Virus record (IMG/VR): IMGVR_UViG_3300025915_000014
Location: 1-64,000 of that record
DNA length: 64,000 bases
Reading direction: 5' to 3' (one strand)
From: a virus
Lineage: Duplodnaviria; Caudoviricetes
In this document: one piece after another, positions 26,980-36,434 of the stretch
Layout: each line of letters opens with the position of its first letter
How positions within the stretch are numbered: the first letter of the stretch is position 1
Made by a program: the position numbers and the translations under genes
Notes under the pieces: model-generated
The model's database searches: none
What the model saw: only the letters and a program-made list of their open reading frames with translations
Told to the model about the DNA's origin: nothing

Positions 26980-27867
26980 TCACAGCGACGACCTCGCGGT
27001 CCGCCAGAACACGTCCACCCGCGATGTGCCGGTCGAGTCCAACCCGGACAGCAGCACCTCTTGGCCGCCCGGCGACACCCGCATGTCCGCCAGCCACGCG
27101 GACGCCCCGGTCAGATACCCGGCGAGGTTCGCCCCGTCGGACTGCCGCCGCACCCGGCGCGACCACGGCTGCGGATCCACCAGCACCGAGTCCCCCTTGG
27201 CGATCTTCAACCCGAGCTGGTACCAGAACGCGCCCGGCACCTCCACCCGCGGCTGATCAATCGGCCCGTACACGCGGGTCGCCAACCACGCCGGGCGGTA
27301 CCCGTCGATCTCGAACCCGCGGCTGCCCGAGCCGTTCCCGGAGGCGTACAGCGGCCCGATCAGCGGCCCGACCAGCCCGCCCGTGTCGTCGGGCACCAGC
27401 GCCGTCGAATCCGAGTACTCCGCGTCCGAGTAGACGTGCGGGGTGATCGTCTGGAACTGGGCGGCGACCGGGATGAACCCGACGTGCACGTTCTCCAGGG
27501 TCGCGGGCGTGCACGCGCGCCCGCGCCCGAACACCCGCCGCTGCTCCCCCGTGTCGTGCAGCCGGTAGGAGAACACCTGGTAGGCCTGCGGAATCAGGCG
27601 CGTGTTGTCACCCATGAACGCATCCGTGAGCTGCGCCAGCAGCTCCAGCGCGTCCCCCTCGCCCGCACCCAAAATCTCGAGCTCGATGTTCAGGGTGCGC
27701 CCGCCCAGCCGGTCGATGCCCATGAGCTGCCCGTCCTCGCGCGGCATCGGCTTGTCCTGCACGAGCAGCTCCGGGTAGGCCAGGTCGAGCTTCGTGATGT
27801 CGATGGCGGTGCCGTAGCCGAACACGAAGTCATCCACGGCGGCCTGGTCCTCACCCAACGCGGGCAT
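26980..27867 (-). CDS. Distal tail (Dit-like) protein
   Basis: Directly after tape measure; P..DG...G.D..GGRT pattern. Confidence 0.8.
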   Translation of the reverse strand: MPALGEDQAAVDDFVFGYGTAIDITKLDLAYPELLVQDKPMPREDGQLMGIDRLGGRTLNIELEILGAGEGDALELLAQLTDAFMGDNTRLIPQAYQVFSYRLHDTGEQRRVFGRGRACTPATLENVHVGFIPVAAQFQTITPHVYSDAEYSDSTALVPDDTGGLVGPLIGPLYASGNGSGSRGFEIDGYRPAWLATRVYGPIDQPRVEVPGAFWYQLGLKIAKGDSVLVDPQPWSRRVRRQSDGANLAGYLTGASAWLADMRVSPGGQEVLLSGLDSTGTSRVDVFWRTARSSL

Positions 27868-27870
27868 CGC

Positions 27871-30800
27871 TCACCTCCCGTACCGTCCCGCCATGCGCCG
27901 CAGCCGGGCCTGGTGCATGGCGGTCTGGATGATGCGTTCCGCGGTCGCGTAGGGGGATGTGGTGACGTTCACGGTGAGGCCGGGGTCGCCGCCCATCCCG
28001 GCCGCCGCCATCAGCTCACTGCTGCGGCCGGGCCGGGTCAGCGGCAGCACCATCTCCGGGCCGGACTCGCCGAGCAGCCCGAACGTGGGGCGGGTGATGA
28101 TGCCGCCGTTGCCGTACCAGCCGTGGGCGCGGTGGAACGCCAGGGCCGCGTTCGGGTCGCCGTACTTGGTCTTGATGTAGTTGAGGCCCCACGCGGTCTG
28201 CCCGGCCACGGTCGGCTCGATCGGGCCGTGCAAGGAGGTCATCTTCTGGAACAGCCCGCGGGCGGAGCTGGTCTTGTTGGCCGCGTTCGGGTCCCAGTTC
28301 GACTCCAGGCGGATGATCTCGGCGAGGGAGTTCCATTCGCCGTCGGAGCCCCACCCGTAGCCCGCGGCCAGGCGTTGCACGGTGGCCTGCACCTCACCGC
28401 CCGGGATGTTCATCGGCGCCCCGCCGCCGCCGCCGTCCCCGCCGATGTGCCAGCGCTGGGTGAAGTACGGGTTCGTGGCGCCCCACGCGGCCGGGGTGCC
28501 GACCTGCACCCCGTGGCCGTGCCCGGACGACTCCACGTTGACGCCCAGCAGCGTGCCCGCCATGTGATCGTTCGGCTTGTTCCCGACTTGCAGCCCCGGG
28601 CCGAGCCCCGACAGGAACCCCGCCCACGGCATCGAGGCGGTGGTGCCGCGCCGCGAGTTCGGCGGCCGACCCTGCATCACGTTGAGGATCCCCGAGATGA
28701 ACCCGGAGCAGTCCCACGACGGGTTGCCGACCCCGCCCCACTGGTAGGGCTTGCCCTGCTGGGTGCGCGCCCAGTCCAGGGCGGCCTGCGCGTTCGCACC
28801 GCCGGAGAAGAGGTCGATGAGCTGCTTGGAGATGGCGATGACCATCGGCATCGCCGCCGCCGCCACCCGCAGCCCGGCGCCCAGCGACGCCGCCTCCGGG
28901 ATGTCCTTGAGCGGCTGATAGCCGCCGAGGAACAACCCGCCCCCGGCGAAGTGCTGCTCGGCGAAGGGCCGCATGACGTCGTTGACGCTGCGCCCGCTCG
29001 CGTGCATATCGGAGACGGCGTGGATGCCGCCCATGGCGGCGGAGGTGTTGGCCTTCTTGATGTAGTCGACCCCGACGGCGCGGGCCCACTCGGGGCGCAT
29101 GATGGCCTCGCCGCCGGACAGGTGCAGCACCCCGCCCGTGGGGGAGACGAAGGTGTGCACGTCCCGGCCGGGGGTGAACCCGGGCAGCGTCCCCCCGGTG
29201 TCGTAGCCGACGCCGGTCAGCCCCCCCGGCCCCATCTTGATCACGCCGCCGAGGGCGCCGCCGTGCGCGATGCGAACCAAGTCCGGGCCGCCGATGGCAC
29301 CGAAGTTGGTCATCTCGCCCATCTTCCCGTTGACGGTGATCCACACCGTCTTGTCGGGAAGGCCGGTGATCTGCGCGGCCATGTCCAGCAGCGCCTGCTT
29401 GACCGGGCCGTTCGCCTTGTCCGCGAGGCGTTGCAGCTCGTCCTTCTGCGCCTGCGCCTTCACCCCCGCGCTCGCGTGCGCGCCGCCGAGGTTGTCGAAG
29501 TTGGTCTTGGCGTCCAGCAACGCCCCGTGCAGGGGCCCGGTCACCTGGGCCGCGAGTTCGCCGAGCTTGTCCTTCTGGAGACCGGCTTGCAGCGTCGCGG
29601 TGTTCGACGCCGCCTTGGACACGTCGATGCCGTTCGCCATGTCCAGCAGCGCCTGCCGGGTCGGGCCGGTGGCCGCCGCCGCCAGCCGCAGCAGCTCATC
29701 CTTCTGCGCCTTCGCGGCCAGCTCGTCGCCGTTCGCCGCGCCCGCCGCGTCGGCGTCCGCCTTGGCCTTGTCCCCGGCCGCGCGGGCGACGTCGATGTCC
29801 GCCTTCTCGACGTCCCGGAACGCCCGCTCGGCTTCGGTGGACGCCGCCCCGTGATCGGCGACCGCCTTGGCCGCGGCGTCCTGCGCGTCCTTGAGTCGAT
29901 CAAGCGAGTCCTTGTAGGCAAGATCCTTGTCGACGATGTCGTTCTCGGCCCGCCACAGATCGAGAACCCGGTCGGTGTGGGTCTTGGTCGCGTCGGCGAC
30001 ATCCTTCTGCGCCGTCTTGAGATCTTCGCTGGCCTTCTGGAGCCGTTGGGAGGCGTCGATGGCCTGCGGCGACTTGTCGCCGTAGTCGCGCACGGCCAGG
30101 GTGTAGTTCTCCTGCTCGCGCCGCACGGTCGCGGTGGCGGCTTGCAGCGGCGGCATCTGGGCGATCTGCGCATCCATCGCCCCGAGCAGGTTCTTGATCG
30201 CTTCGGCGTGGGTGTCGGCCGCGGTGGCGGCGGTGTTGGTCTGCCCGGTGAGGTCGCCGATGCCGCGGCCGACCACCTCTCCTTCGCCGCCCAGCTCCTG
30301 CATGACGTTCGTCTGGTTTTGCAGGGCCGAAGATTCCTTGTCCACCGCCGCGGTCAGCGACAGCGACCCGTCCAGCACCGACTGCGCCAGCGCGTCGGAC
30401 TTGTCCTTCATCTGGTCGTACAAGACCATCAGCCCGACGACCGCGGCCCCGACGATCGGCAGGTACTTCCCGACCGAACCCAGCGCGGAGGTGAGCCGCC
30501 CCGAGGCCGTCTCCGACACACCGATGCTGGTCGCGAACCGCCCGAGGGTGACCCCGAGCGCGGTCACGGAGGCACCCACCACCTGGAAGCCCTTGAAGGC
30601 GAGCACGGCCGCGGTGACGGCCGGGCCGATCGGCCCGACGTTGTTCACGATGGCGATCGCGGCGGTCACGATGCCCTGCAACGGGGCCTGCAAGGTGTTC
30701 GCCTCGTCGGCCAGCGACTTGAGGGTCTTCCCGGCCAACTCGGTGATCACCGGTATCAGCGGCGCCACCACGGACGCGATATTGGAGAGCGCCGTGGCCG

Positions 30801-32679
30801 TCGCCTGCAACCCGCCGGTGTCCCCCGCGACCTTCAACGCGTTGAGGAGCTGTACCGCCAGCTCCTTCACCCCGGGCAGCAGGTTGTCGATGGTGTCGTT
30901 GATCGTCTTGAAGAACGAGGCCACCCCCGCCTGCCCGACGGGGGTCTTGAGCAGCTTGTCCAGCTCGCCGGTGATCTTCTCGACGTTGCTGAGGAAGTCG
31001 CCGCCGGACTGACCGGCCGCCTTGAAGACGGACACCAGGATGCCGCCGACGTTCCCGGCGATCTTCCCGAGCTGCTCGGTCCTGTCGACCGCAAGCTGCA
31101 TCCACTGCTGGAGCTGCCCGGTCTCCCTGGCATGATCCACGAACTCGCGGACCTTGGCGGTGGCGTTCGCGAACCCCTGCGCCAGGCCCGGCAGGAACCC
31201 GGACCCGACCGTCGCCAGATCGGTGAAGACCGCGACCACGTCGGTGACCGCGCTTCCCAGGAACCCGGTGCTCTTGGTGGTGTTGTCGAAGATCGCGGCG
31301 ATGTCGCGGCCGGTGGACGCCTTCGCGAAGAAGTCCCCGAGGGACTTCGCGACCCCGTTGAGCGACCCGGCCAGCCCGGTCATCCCGGTGTGCAGCACCG
31401 GGAGTTCCGTCGCCCCGAGCCGCTTGACGGTGTCGGACAGCCCCGCGAACAGGCGTTGCTGCACATCGACTTGCAGCGAGTCCCAGGCGGGTTTGAGCCC
31501 GCGCACCGCCAGCACCGTGTCCCGGGCGCTGGGCGCCAGCTTCGCCATCGCCTGCGCGAGCTGATCCGACGCCTTCGATCCGGTGGTCGCGGTCTGCTGG
31601 AGGGCCTGCGCCAACTGCCGCTGCGCATCCGAGACCTGCCGGGCCCCGTCGACCTGGGCCTGCTTGAGACCCTCCTGCGCGCTCTGCACCGAGCGGTTCG
31701 CGTCCTGCACGCCGCGCTGGGCCTGCACGACCTGCTTGCTGCCTTCGACCCCGGCGGCGTTGGCCTCTTGGGAGGCCTGCTGCACGTCCTTGTAGCGGTC
31801 GTGCGCCTCGGCCAACGCCTGGCTGGCCTCTTTGACCCCGAGCTCGGCCTCCCGTAGATCGAGCCCTTGCAGGCCCTTCGCGTGCGCCTCCGCGAGGTGC
31901 TGCTGCGCCCGTTCCAGGGCGATCTGCGCGGCCTCCTCCGAGATGGCCGCCCCGGACAGCGACAGCTTGAGATCTTCGAGGTCGGCCTTGGCCTGCTTGC
32001 GGGCCTGGTTGAGGTTCTCCTGCGCGTACTGGGCCTGCCGCTGGGCCTGCGCGAGGGTGTCCTCCGCGCCCGCCACCCGCCGGTTCGCCGTCTCCTGCGC
32101 GACCGCCAGACCTTCCTGCGCGGATCGGATCCGCTCGGCGATCTGGAGGCGCTGCGCCCCGGTCTGCGCCGCGGTGTCCGCCGCCGCCTTGTCCGCGGCA
32201 CCCATGGCCTTGAAGACCTCGGGGATGCCGGTCAGGCCGACCTTGAGCGTGGCGGCGACCGCGCCCGCCGCCGCCATCCCACCGGCCGCGACCCCCAGCA
32301 GCCCGGACAGGTCGGCGGCGGCCTGCGCGGCACTGATCAGGGTCGGGGCGAGCGCGACGATCCCCGCGGGCATCCGGAACGCCGCCAGGTTGCCCAACAG
32401 GCCGGTGATCTCCCGGAGCCGGTCACCTGCGGTGGGATCGACGTCGACCTTGGCGGTGGCGCGCTGCCCGTTGATGCGCCGCAACTGCTCCTCGACGGCC
32501 GCGAGCCGGGCCTCCGCCGCCGCGGTCTCGGCATCCACGTCGGCGCGGGCCCGGCGCCCGTCGATCCGATCAAGCCTCTCGGAGAGCCGTTCCAGCGTGC
32601 CCGCCAGGCCCTCGATGGCGGCGGCGGCGCGGGCGGTATTGGCGAGGATGTTGTAGCTCAGGTCGACCGTGCCAGCCAC
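27871..32679 (-). CDS. Tape measure protein with C-terminal NlpC/P60-like and lytic transglycosylase domains
   Basis: 1602 aa, Ala/Leu helical; GKPYQWGG...DCSG..H; ESNWDPNA.N..S.A.GLFQ...GL.YI...YG. Confidence 0.95.
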   Translation of the reverse strand: MAGTVDLSYNILANTARAAAAIEGLAGTLERLSERLDRIDGRRARADVDAETAAAEARLAAVEEQLRRINGQRATAKVDVDPTAGDRLREITGLLGNLAAFRMPAGIVALAPTLISAAQAAADLSGLLGVAAGGMAAAGAVAATLKVGLTGIPEVFKAMGAADKAAADTAAQTGAQRLQIAERIRSAQEGLAVAQETANRRVAGAEDTLAQAQRQAQYAQENLNQARKQAKADLEDLKLSLSGAAISEEAAQIALERAQQHLAEAHAKGLQGLDLREAELGVKEASQALAEAHDRYKDVQQASQEANAAGVEGSKQVVQAQRGVQDANRSVQSAQEGLKQAQVDGARQVSDAQRQLAQALQQTATTGSKASDQLAQAMAKLAPSARDTVLAVRGLKPAWDSLQVDVQQRLFAGLSDTVKRLGATELPVLHTGMTGLAGSLNGVAKSLGDFFAKASTGRDIAAIFDNTTKSTGFLGSAVTDVVAVFTDLATVGSGFLPGLAQGFANATAKVREFVDHARETGQLQQWMQLAVDRTEQLGKIAGNVGGILVSVFKAAGQSGGDFLSNVEKITGELDKLLKTPVGQAGVASFFKTINDTIDNLLPGVKELAVQLLNALKVAGDTGGLQATATALSNIASVVAPLIPVITELAGKTLKSLADEANTLQAPLQGIVTAAIAIVNNVGPIGPAVTAAVLAFKGFQVVGASVTALGVTLGRFATSIGVSETASGRLTSALGSVGKYLPIVGAAVVGLMVLYDQMKDKSDALAQSVLDGSLSLTAAVDKESSALQNQTNVMQELGGEGEVVGRGIGDLTGQTNTAATAADTHAEAIKNLLGAMDAQIAQMPPLQAATATVRREQENYTLAVRDYGDKSPQAIDASQRLQKASEDLKTAQKDVADATKTHTDRVLDLWRAENDIVDKDLAYKDSLDRLKDAQDAAAKAVADHGAASTEAERAFRDVEKADIDVARAAGDKAKADADAAGAANGDELAAKAQKDELLRLAAAATGPTRQALLDMANGIDVSKAASNTATLQAGLQKDKLGELAAQVTGPLHGALLDAKTNFDNLGGAHASAGVKAQAQKDELQRLADKANGPVKQALLDMAAQITGLPDKTVWITVNGKMGEMTNFGAIGGPDLVRIAHGGALGGVIKMGPGGLTGVGYDTGGTLPGFTPGRDVHTFVSPTGGVLHLSGGEAIMRPEWARAVGVDYIKKANTSAAMGGIHAVSDMHASGRSVNDVMRPFAEQHFAGGGLFLGGYQPLKDIPEAASLGAGLRVAAAAMPMVIAISKQLIDLFSGGANAQAALDWARTQQGKPYQWGGVGNPSWDCSGFISGILNVMQGRPPNSRRGTTASMPWAGFLSGLGPGLQVGNKPNDHMAGTLLGVNVESSGHGHGVQVGTPAAWGATNPYFTQRWHIGGDGGGGGAPMNIPGGEVQATVQRLAAGYGWGSDGEWNSLAEIIRLESNWDPNAANKTSSARGLFQKMTSLHGPIEPTVAGQTAWGLNYIKTKYGDPNAALAFHRAHGWYGNGGIITRPTFGLLGESGPEMVLPLTRPGRSSELMAAAGMGGDPGLTVNVTTSPYATAERIIQTAMHQARLRRMAGRYGR

Positions 32680-32724
32680 CGCGGGGTCACCTCCTCAACA
32701 GAGGCCCCCCGCAGGGCCTGGGCC

Positions 32725-33239
32725 TTACCGGGCTTGCGTGCGTTCCTCCTCGTCGAAGGCGTCGCATTGTCGGGCGAACTGATCGAACTCGGCGATCCGC
32801 ATCGCGTCGATCTGCCTCGGGTCCAGGTGGAACCGGAAGGCGATCGGCATCAGGTACCTCGCGACCCGACGCTCCGGGTCAGACCACGGCCCGAACACCC
32901 GGAGCAGTTCCCGCTCTATCCAGTCGTCGCCTTCTTTCCCCCCTTGGCCCGAGGAGGGCGCGTGTTGATGTCCGTGACCGGCGGCGGCTCGTCGTCCTTC
33001 ATCTCCATGTCGGCGATGTTCATGTCGTCGAAGTCGCGCCAGTGCACCGCCTCGCCCGCGCGGCGGCGGGCCAGGTAGAGCGTGAAAACCATCGCGTCGA
33101 CGTCGCCCTCTTTCATGCCGTTCGCGAAGGTCGCCAGCCCCATCCCGGTGAGCTTCTTCAGCTCCCGCGCCTCGCTCACCAGCAGCGTGTCGCCGTCGTA
33201 GGCGTACCACGGCTCGTCCGGCCCCTGCCTCACCAGCAT
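32725..33239 (-). CDS. Tail assembly chaperone, -1 frameshifted long form
   Basis: Short ORF 32916..33239 plus -1 frame continuing GKEGDDWIERELL... to stop at 32725. Confidence 0.8.
32916..33239 (-). CDS. Tail assembly chaperone, short form
   Basis: Between tail tube region and tape measure; SD GGAGGAAGG. Confidence 0.85.
   Translation of the reverse strand: MLVRQGPDEPWYAYDGDTLLVSEARELKKLTGMGLATFANGMKEGDVDAMVFTLYLARRRAGEAVHWRDFDDMNIADMEMKDDEPPPVTDINTRPPRAKGGKKATTG
32934..32940 (-). other. Programmed -1 frameshift heptamer G GGA AAG
   Basis: In-frame X XXY YYZ identical to the lambda G/T site. Confidence 0.85.
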
Positions 33240-33241
33240 CG

Positions 33242-33772
33242 TCAGTGCCTTCCTCCGTCGAGTTGCCGGGCGACCTCATCCATCGCCTCCAGGCAGGCGG
33301 CCTGGAAGTTCGCCCGATGGCTGCGCATGATCCGGTAGAACGGCGGCGGCATCTCCTGATGCACCCACGTCCACTCCTCGCGGGTCTCGTCCGCGCGCGC
33401 GTACACCGGGTGCCGCCAGCCCCGCCGGGACTCCCACGCCGCGGGCGCCCACCGCAGATCCTCGGGCAGCCGCCGCCGGTCCACGATGAACGAGATCGAC
33501 GCCTTGTTCGCCGAGGACAGGACCTGGAGCCGCACCGCCCCGGCCACCGCGGCGCGCGCCTGCACGCCCTGGCGGCGGGCCGGGGAGACGTCCGGTAGCG
33601 CCATGTAGGCGGCGCGTAGATCCGTCACTACCGGGTCGGCGGCGCGGCGCATGGTGCGGCGCATCGCGTTCTGTAGGTCCCGCGCCCCGGCCTCCTTCAA
33701 CTGCCGCGACAGGTTGCGGAAGATGTCGCCGCCGATCACCTCCAGCGAGATATCCGCCGTCGCCCGCGCCAT
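33242..33772 (-). CDS. Tail completion / HK97 gp10-like protein
   Basis: Basic helical protein after the major tail gene; RHPV motif. Confidence 0.65.
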   Translation of the reverse strand: MARATADISLEVIGGDIFRNLSRQLKEAGARDLQNAMRRTMRRAADPVVTDLRAAYMALPDVSPARRQGVQARAAVAGAVRLQVLSSANKASISFIVDRRRLPEDLRWAPAAWESRRGWRHPVYARADETREEWTWVHQEMPPPFYRIMRSHRANFQAACLEAMDEVARQLDGGRH

Positions 33773-33773
33773 G

Positions 33774-34805
33774 TCAGAAGGTGACGTCGGTGGAGACGAG
33801 CCGCACCTGCACGGGCGCGTTCGTGCCGTCGTAGTAGGCCTCGAAGTCGGTGTTCATGCTCACGATGTCGGGCCCGGACACCTGCGGGGCGGCGGTCTTG
33901 AATTTGCACGCGGGCAGCGTGATCTCCAGCAGGTCGTTGGACCCGGAGGTGGCGATCGCCGCGCCGGTCAGAATCATCTGCACGGCCGTGGTGACGTTGC
34001 CCGAGAAGGCGTCGTACAGCTCGGTCTTATTGAACTCGGCGGAGAACGACCCGGTGAGCGTCGGGATGGCGTTCTCGATCTGCTGCCCCTTGAGGCCCGC
34101 GTTGCCCAATCCGAACCGCTCGGTCGCCATCGGCGTGGTGCCGTGCACGGTCATTTGGTTGATGATCGTGGTCGGTGCGGTACCGCCCGCGATCGACACC
34201 TTGCCCGCGGTGGTGGTGGCGGTGCCGCCCAACTTGAGCTGCGCCCCGATGAACGAGAACACCCCGACCCCGGCCACGTAGGTGGGCGCGGCCAGCGCGG
34301 TCGCGGTGTCCTCGTTGCGCCCGTTGACGGTCAGGTTCAGCGACGGGATCGCGCCGTCGGACACCGAGAACTCCCACTCGGAGATCTTGCAACCGGAGTA
34401 GGTGAACGGCTTCACCGTGGCGCTCTGCGGCTCCGGGCGGCCCACCTGCACGGTCAGCCCCAACCCGCGGAAGTCGCCCGGCACGTGAACCTGCTCGTAG
34501 GCGGGCGCGGTCAACGCGGTCGGCGCGACGAGCGGCGAGCCGAGGGCGTGCTTCCACAGCAGCCCCATGCCCTTCGTGCCGTACTCCATCTGGAAGCCGC
34601 CCGCCACACTCCTGCGGGACTGGATGGTGCGCGCCGCCCGCTTGTAGCGCTGCCCCGCCCGGATACCGGCGCCATCCACGTAGGACGGTGACATGGCCAT
34701 CGTCTCGGACAGAAACTCCAGGAACAGCGTCGGCGTCGCCGACGTCCCCCACGTCGTCTCGACCCCGACGCCCAGTTGTGCGTCCAGGCCCGAACCACTA
34801 GGCAT
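33774..34805 (-). CDS. Major tail (tube) protein
   Basis: Beta-rich, LG.GVETTWGT...P start; SD GGAGGG; position. Confidence 0.85.
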   Translation of the reverse strand: MPSGSGLDAQLGVGVETTWGTSATPTLFLEFLSETMAMSPSYVDGAGIRAGQRYKRAARTIQSRRSVAGGFQMEYGTKGMGLLWKHALGSPLVAPTALTAPAYEQVHVPGDFRGLGLTVQVGRPEPQSATVKPFTYSGCKISEWEFSVSDGAIPSLNLTVNGRNEDTATALAAPTYVAGVGVFSFIGAQLKLGGTATTTAGKVSIAGGTAPTTIINQMTVHGTTPMATERFGLGNAGLKGQQIENAIPTLTGSFSAEFNKTELYDAFSGNVTTAVQMILTGAAIATSGSNDLLEITLPACKFKTAAPQVSGPDIVSMNTDFEAYYDGTNAPVQVRLVSTDVTF

Positions 34806-35085
34806 CGCTGGCCTTCCCTCCGCCGCCCTTGCGGCTGTCGGTCTTCTCTCCGACCGACCAGGACGCCTTCGGCCATGCGCGCACCTGCGGGTCCGGGTCG
34901 GCACTCTCGATGTCGGCCCCCGCAGGCCCGATCAGGTAGCGATCGTCGTTCTCGTCGAGCAGCACGCCGGGCACCGCCACGACGCCATCCGCGGCCACCG
35001 CGAATGAGCCGGGCACGCCGCTCGGCCCGAACACGTCCACATCCGCACCGCTCCGGTTGGTCAGTGTCACGGTCTCCTCGGCCAT
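34798..35085 (-). CDS. Small structural-region protein
   Basis: SD AGGAGGG; position. Confidence 0.7.
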   Translation of the reverse strand: MAEETVTLTNRSGADVDVFGPSGVPGSFAVAADGVVAVPGVLLDENDDRYLIGPAGADIESADPDPQVRAWPKASWSVGEKTDSRKGGGGKASDA

Positions 35086-35093
35086 CGCCCCTC

Positions 35094-35594
35094 CTACACG
35101 CGCGTCTCTACGTGGATGTCGAACTGGATGCGCGGCATGACCCCGCGCTCGTCATCGGTCGGAACGTAACTGGAGAAGGACCGCACGTCCGCGACCCACA
35201 CCGGTGCGCCCCCCACGGTTCCGGTGACCATGCCCATCGACGGGTCGGCCTTGATGGTCGCGGTGATGGTGAGCCAGATGTCGTACAGCCGCGCCATCGC
35301 CGCGGCCATGGCCTCGCCGTCGGTCGCCCCGGTCAGGGTGAGGATGCAGCAGCGGACGTCGAACATGTCGTTCTGCGCGCGCTGCCCGAGCGCCGCCCAG
35401 TTCTGGGTGTGCTGCACCATCTCGAAATCCCCGGCCGGGTCTCCGTCATAGCCGACGAACACCGCGTCATCCGGGTCGCCGGAGTAGATCGGTCCCAGGT
35501 AGACATCGACCGAGTCGACGTAGTCGGGGTTCGCGTCCAGGGCGGTGCGCCACAGCTCGATGAGCCGCAGCATGGCCGGGTACGCGCGCGACAT
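35094..35594 (-). CDS. Tail terminator-like protein
   Basis: Position and size, beta-rich acidic. Confidence 0.65.
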   Translation of the reverse strand: MSRAYPAMLRLIELWRTALDANPDYVDSVDVYLGPIYSGDPDDAVFVGYDGDPAGDFEMVQHTQNWAALGQRAQNDMFDVRCCILTLTGATDGEAMAAAMARLYDIWLTITATIKADPSMGMVTGTVGGAPVWVADVRSFSSYVPTDDERGVMPRIQFDIHVETRV

Positions 35595-36434
35595 TCAGCC
35601 CACCTGCGGGGCTTTGGGTGTCAGGAGCTGCACGATCCGGTACGGGATGGCGGTGCGCGCGACACGCACCTCCATGGCCGCCTCGGAGCCGCCCCCGGCG
35701 CCGCCGCCGACCCGCGGGCGTCCGCTCGCGCCCTGCCGGTTGGACCACAGCCATTGCAGCAGGTACTCGATGCCGCCGCGGGTGGACTCGCTGACCACTG
35801 CGGGCCCGGCCACGTAGGTGACGCGGATCAGCCCCCACATGGCGGCCGGGCGCGCGCAGCGCAGGATGGAGAACTGGTCGGTCCAGATAGCGGGCGGCGC
35901 CACCGCCTCGATCACCGTCTGGTCGGGCTGGAGGCGTTCCATCAGGACCGGGCGGGCCACCGGCACGTTGGTCAGCCGGACCCCCTCATGCCAGCCGTAG
36001 GTGCGCAGCACCTCGACGAACGTGCGCCGCGCGATGATCTCCCCGGAGATGCCCTCCGCGACCTCGGTGGCGCGGACGATCTCGGTGGAGATGGCCCGGT
36101 CGTGGCGGGTGTCGCTGTCGGGGATGTTCAGGATGTCCTTGCCCTCGGCCAGCGACAGGATCCCGACCGCCCCGGTGAGGCTGGCGTAGAAGCTGCCCTC
36201 GTAGGTGACCGCGGGCTGCTCGAACTGCCAGACGTAGGTGTAGGTGCCGGGCAGCTCGGGGACGTAGTCGAGCTGGTAGTGCCCGGTGACCGCGGGCGGG
36301 TTCAGCACGTCCAGGGTGGTGGTGGTGTCGTCGGGCAGGGTGAGCACGAGGCTGGCGGTGACCGCGTTCATGGGCGCCCCGGTGTCGCTGGTGACCGACG
36401 TCCCGAGCCGCACTACCTGGCCCACGCCGCTCAT
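35595..36434 (-). CDS. Head-tail adaptor (gp6-like) with extra N-terminal Ig-like domain
   Basis: LSLAEGKDILNI...HD..I motif after an ~90 aa beta-rich domain; ATGA overlap. Confidence 0.75.
   Translation of the reverse strand: MSGVGQVVRLGTSVTSDTGAPMNAVTASLVLTLPDDTTTTLDVLNPPAVTGHYQLDYVPELPGTYTYVWQFEQPAVTYEGSFYASLTGAVGILSLAEGKDILNIPDSDTRHDRAISTEIVRATEVAEGISGEIIARRTFVEVLRTYGWHEGVRLTNVPVARPVLMERLQPDQTVIEAVAPPAIWTDQFSILRCARPAAMWGLIRVTYVAGPAVVSESTRGGIEYLLQWLWSNRQGASGRPRVGGGAGGGSEAAMEVRVARTAIPYRIVQLLTPKAPQVG

Noticed and set aside
26719-31857. 1712-aa plus-strand ORF
   Set aside because: Antisense shadow of the tape measure and Dit genes; Arg/Pro/Gly-rich composition typical of high-GC off-frame translation; no motifs
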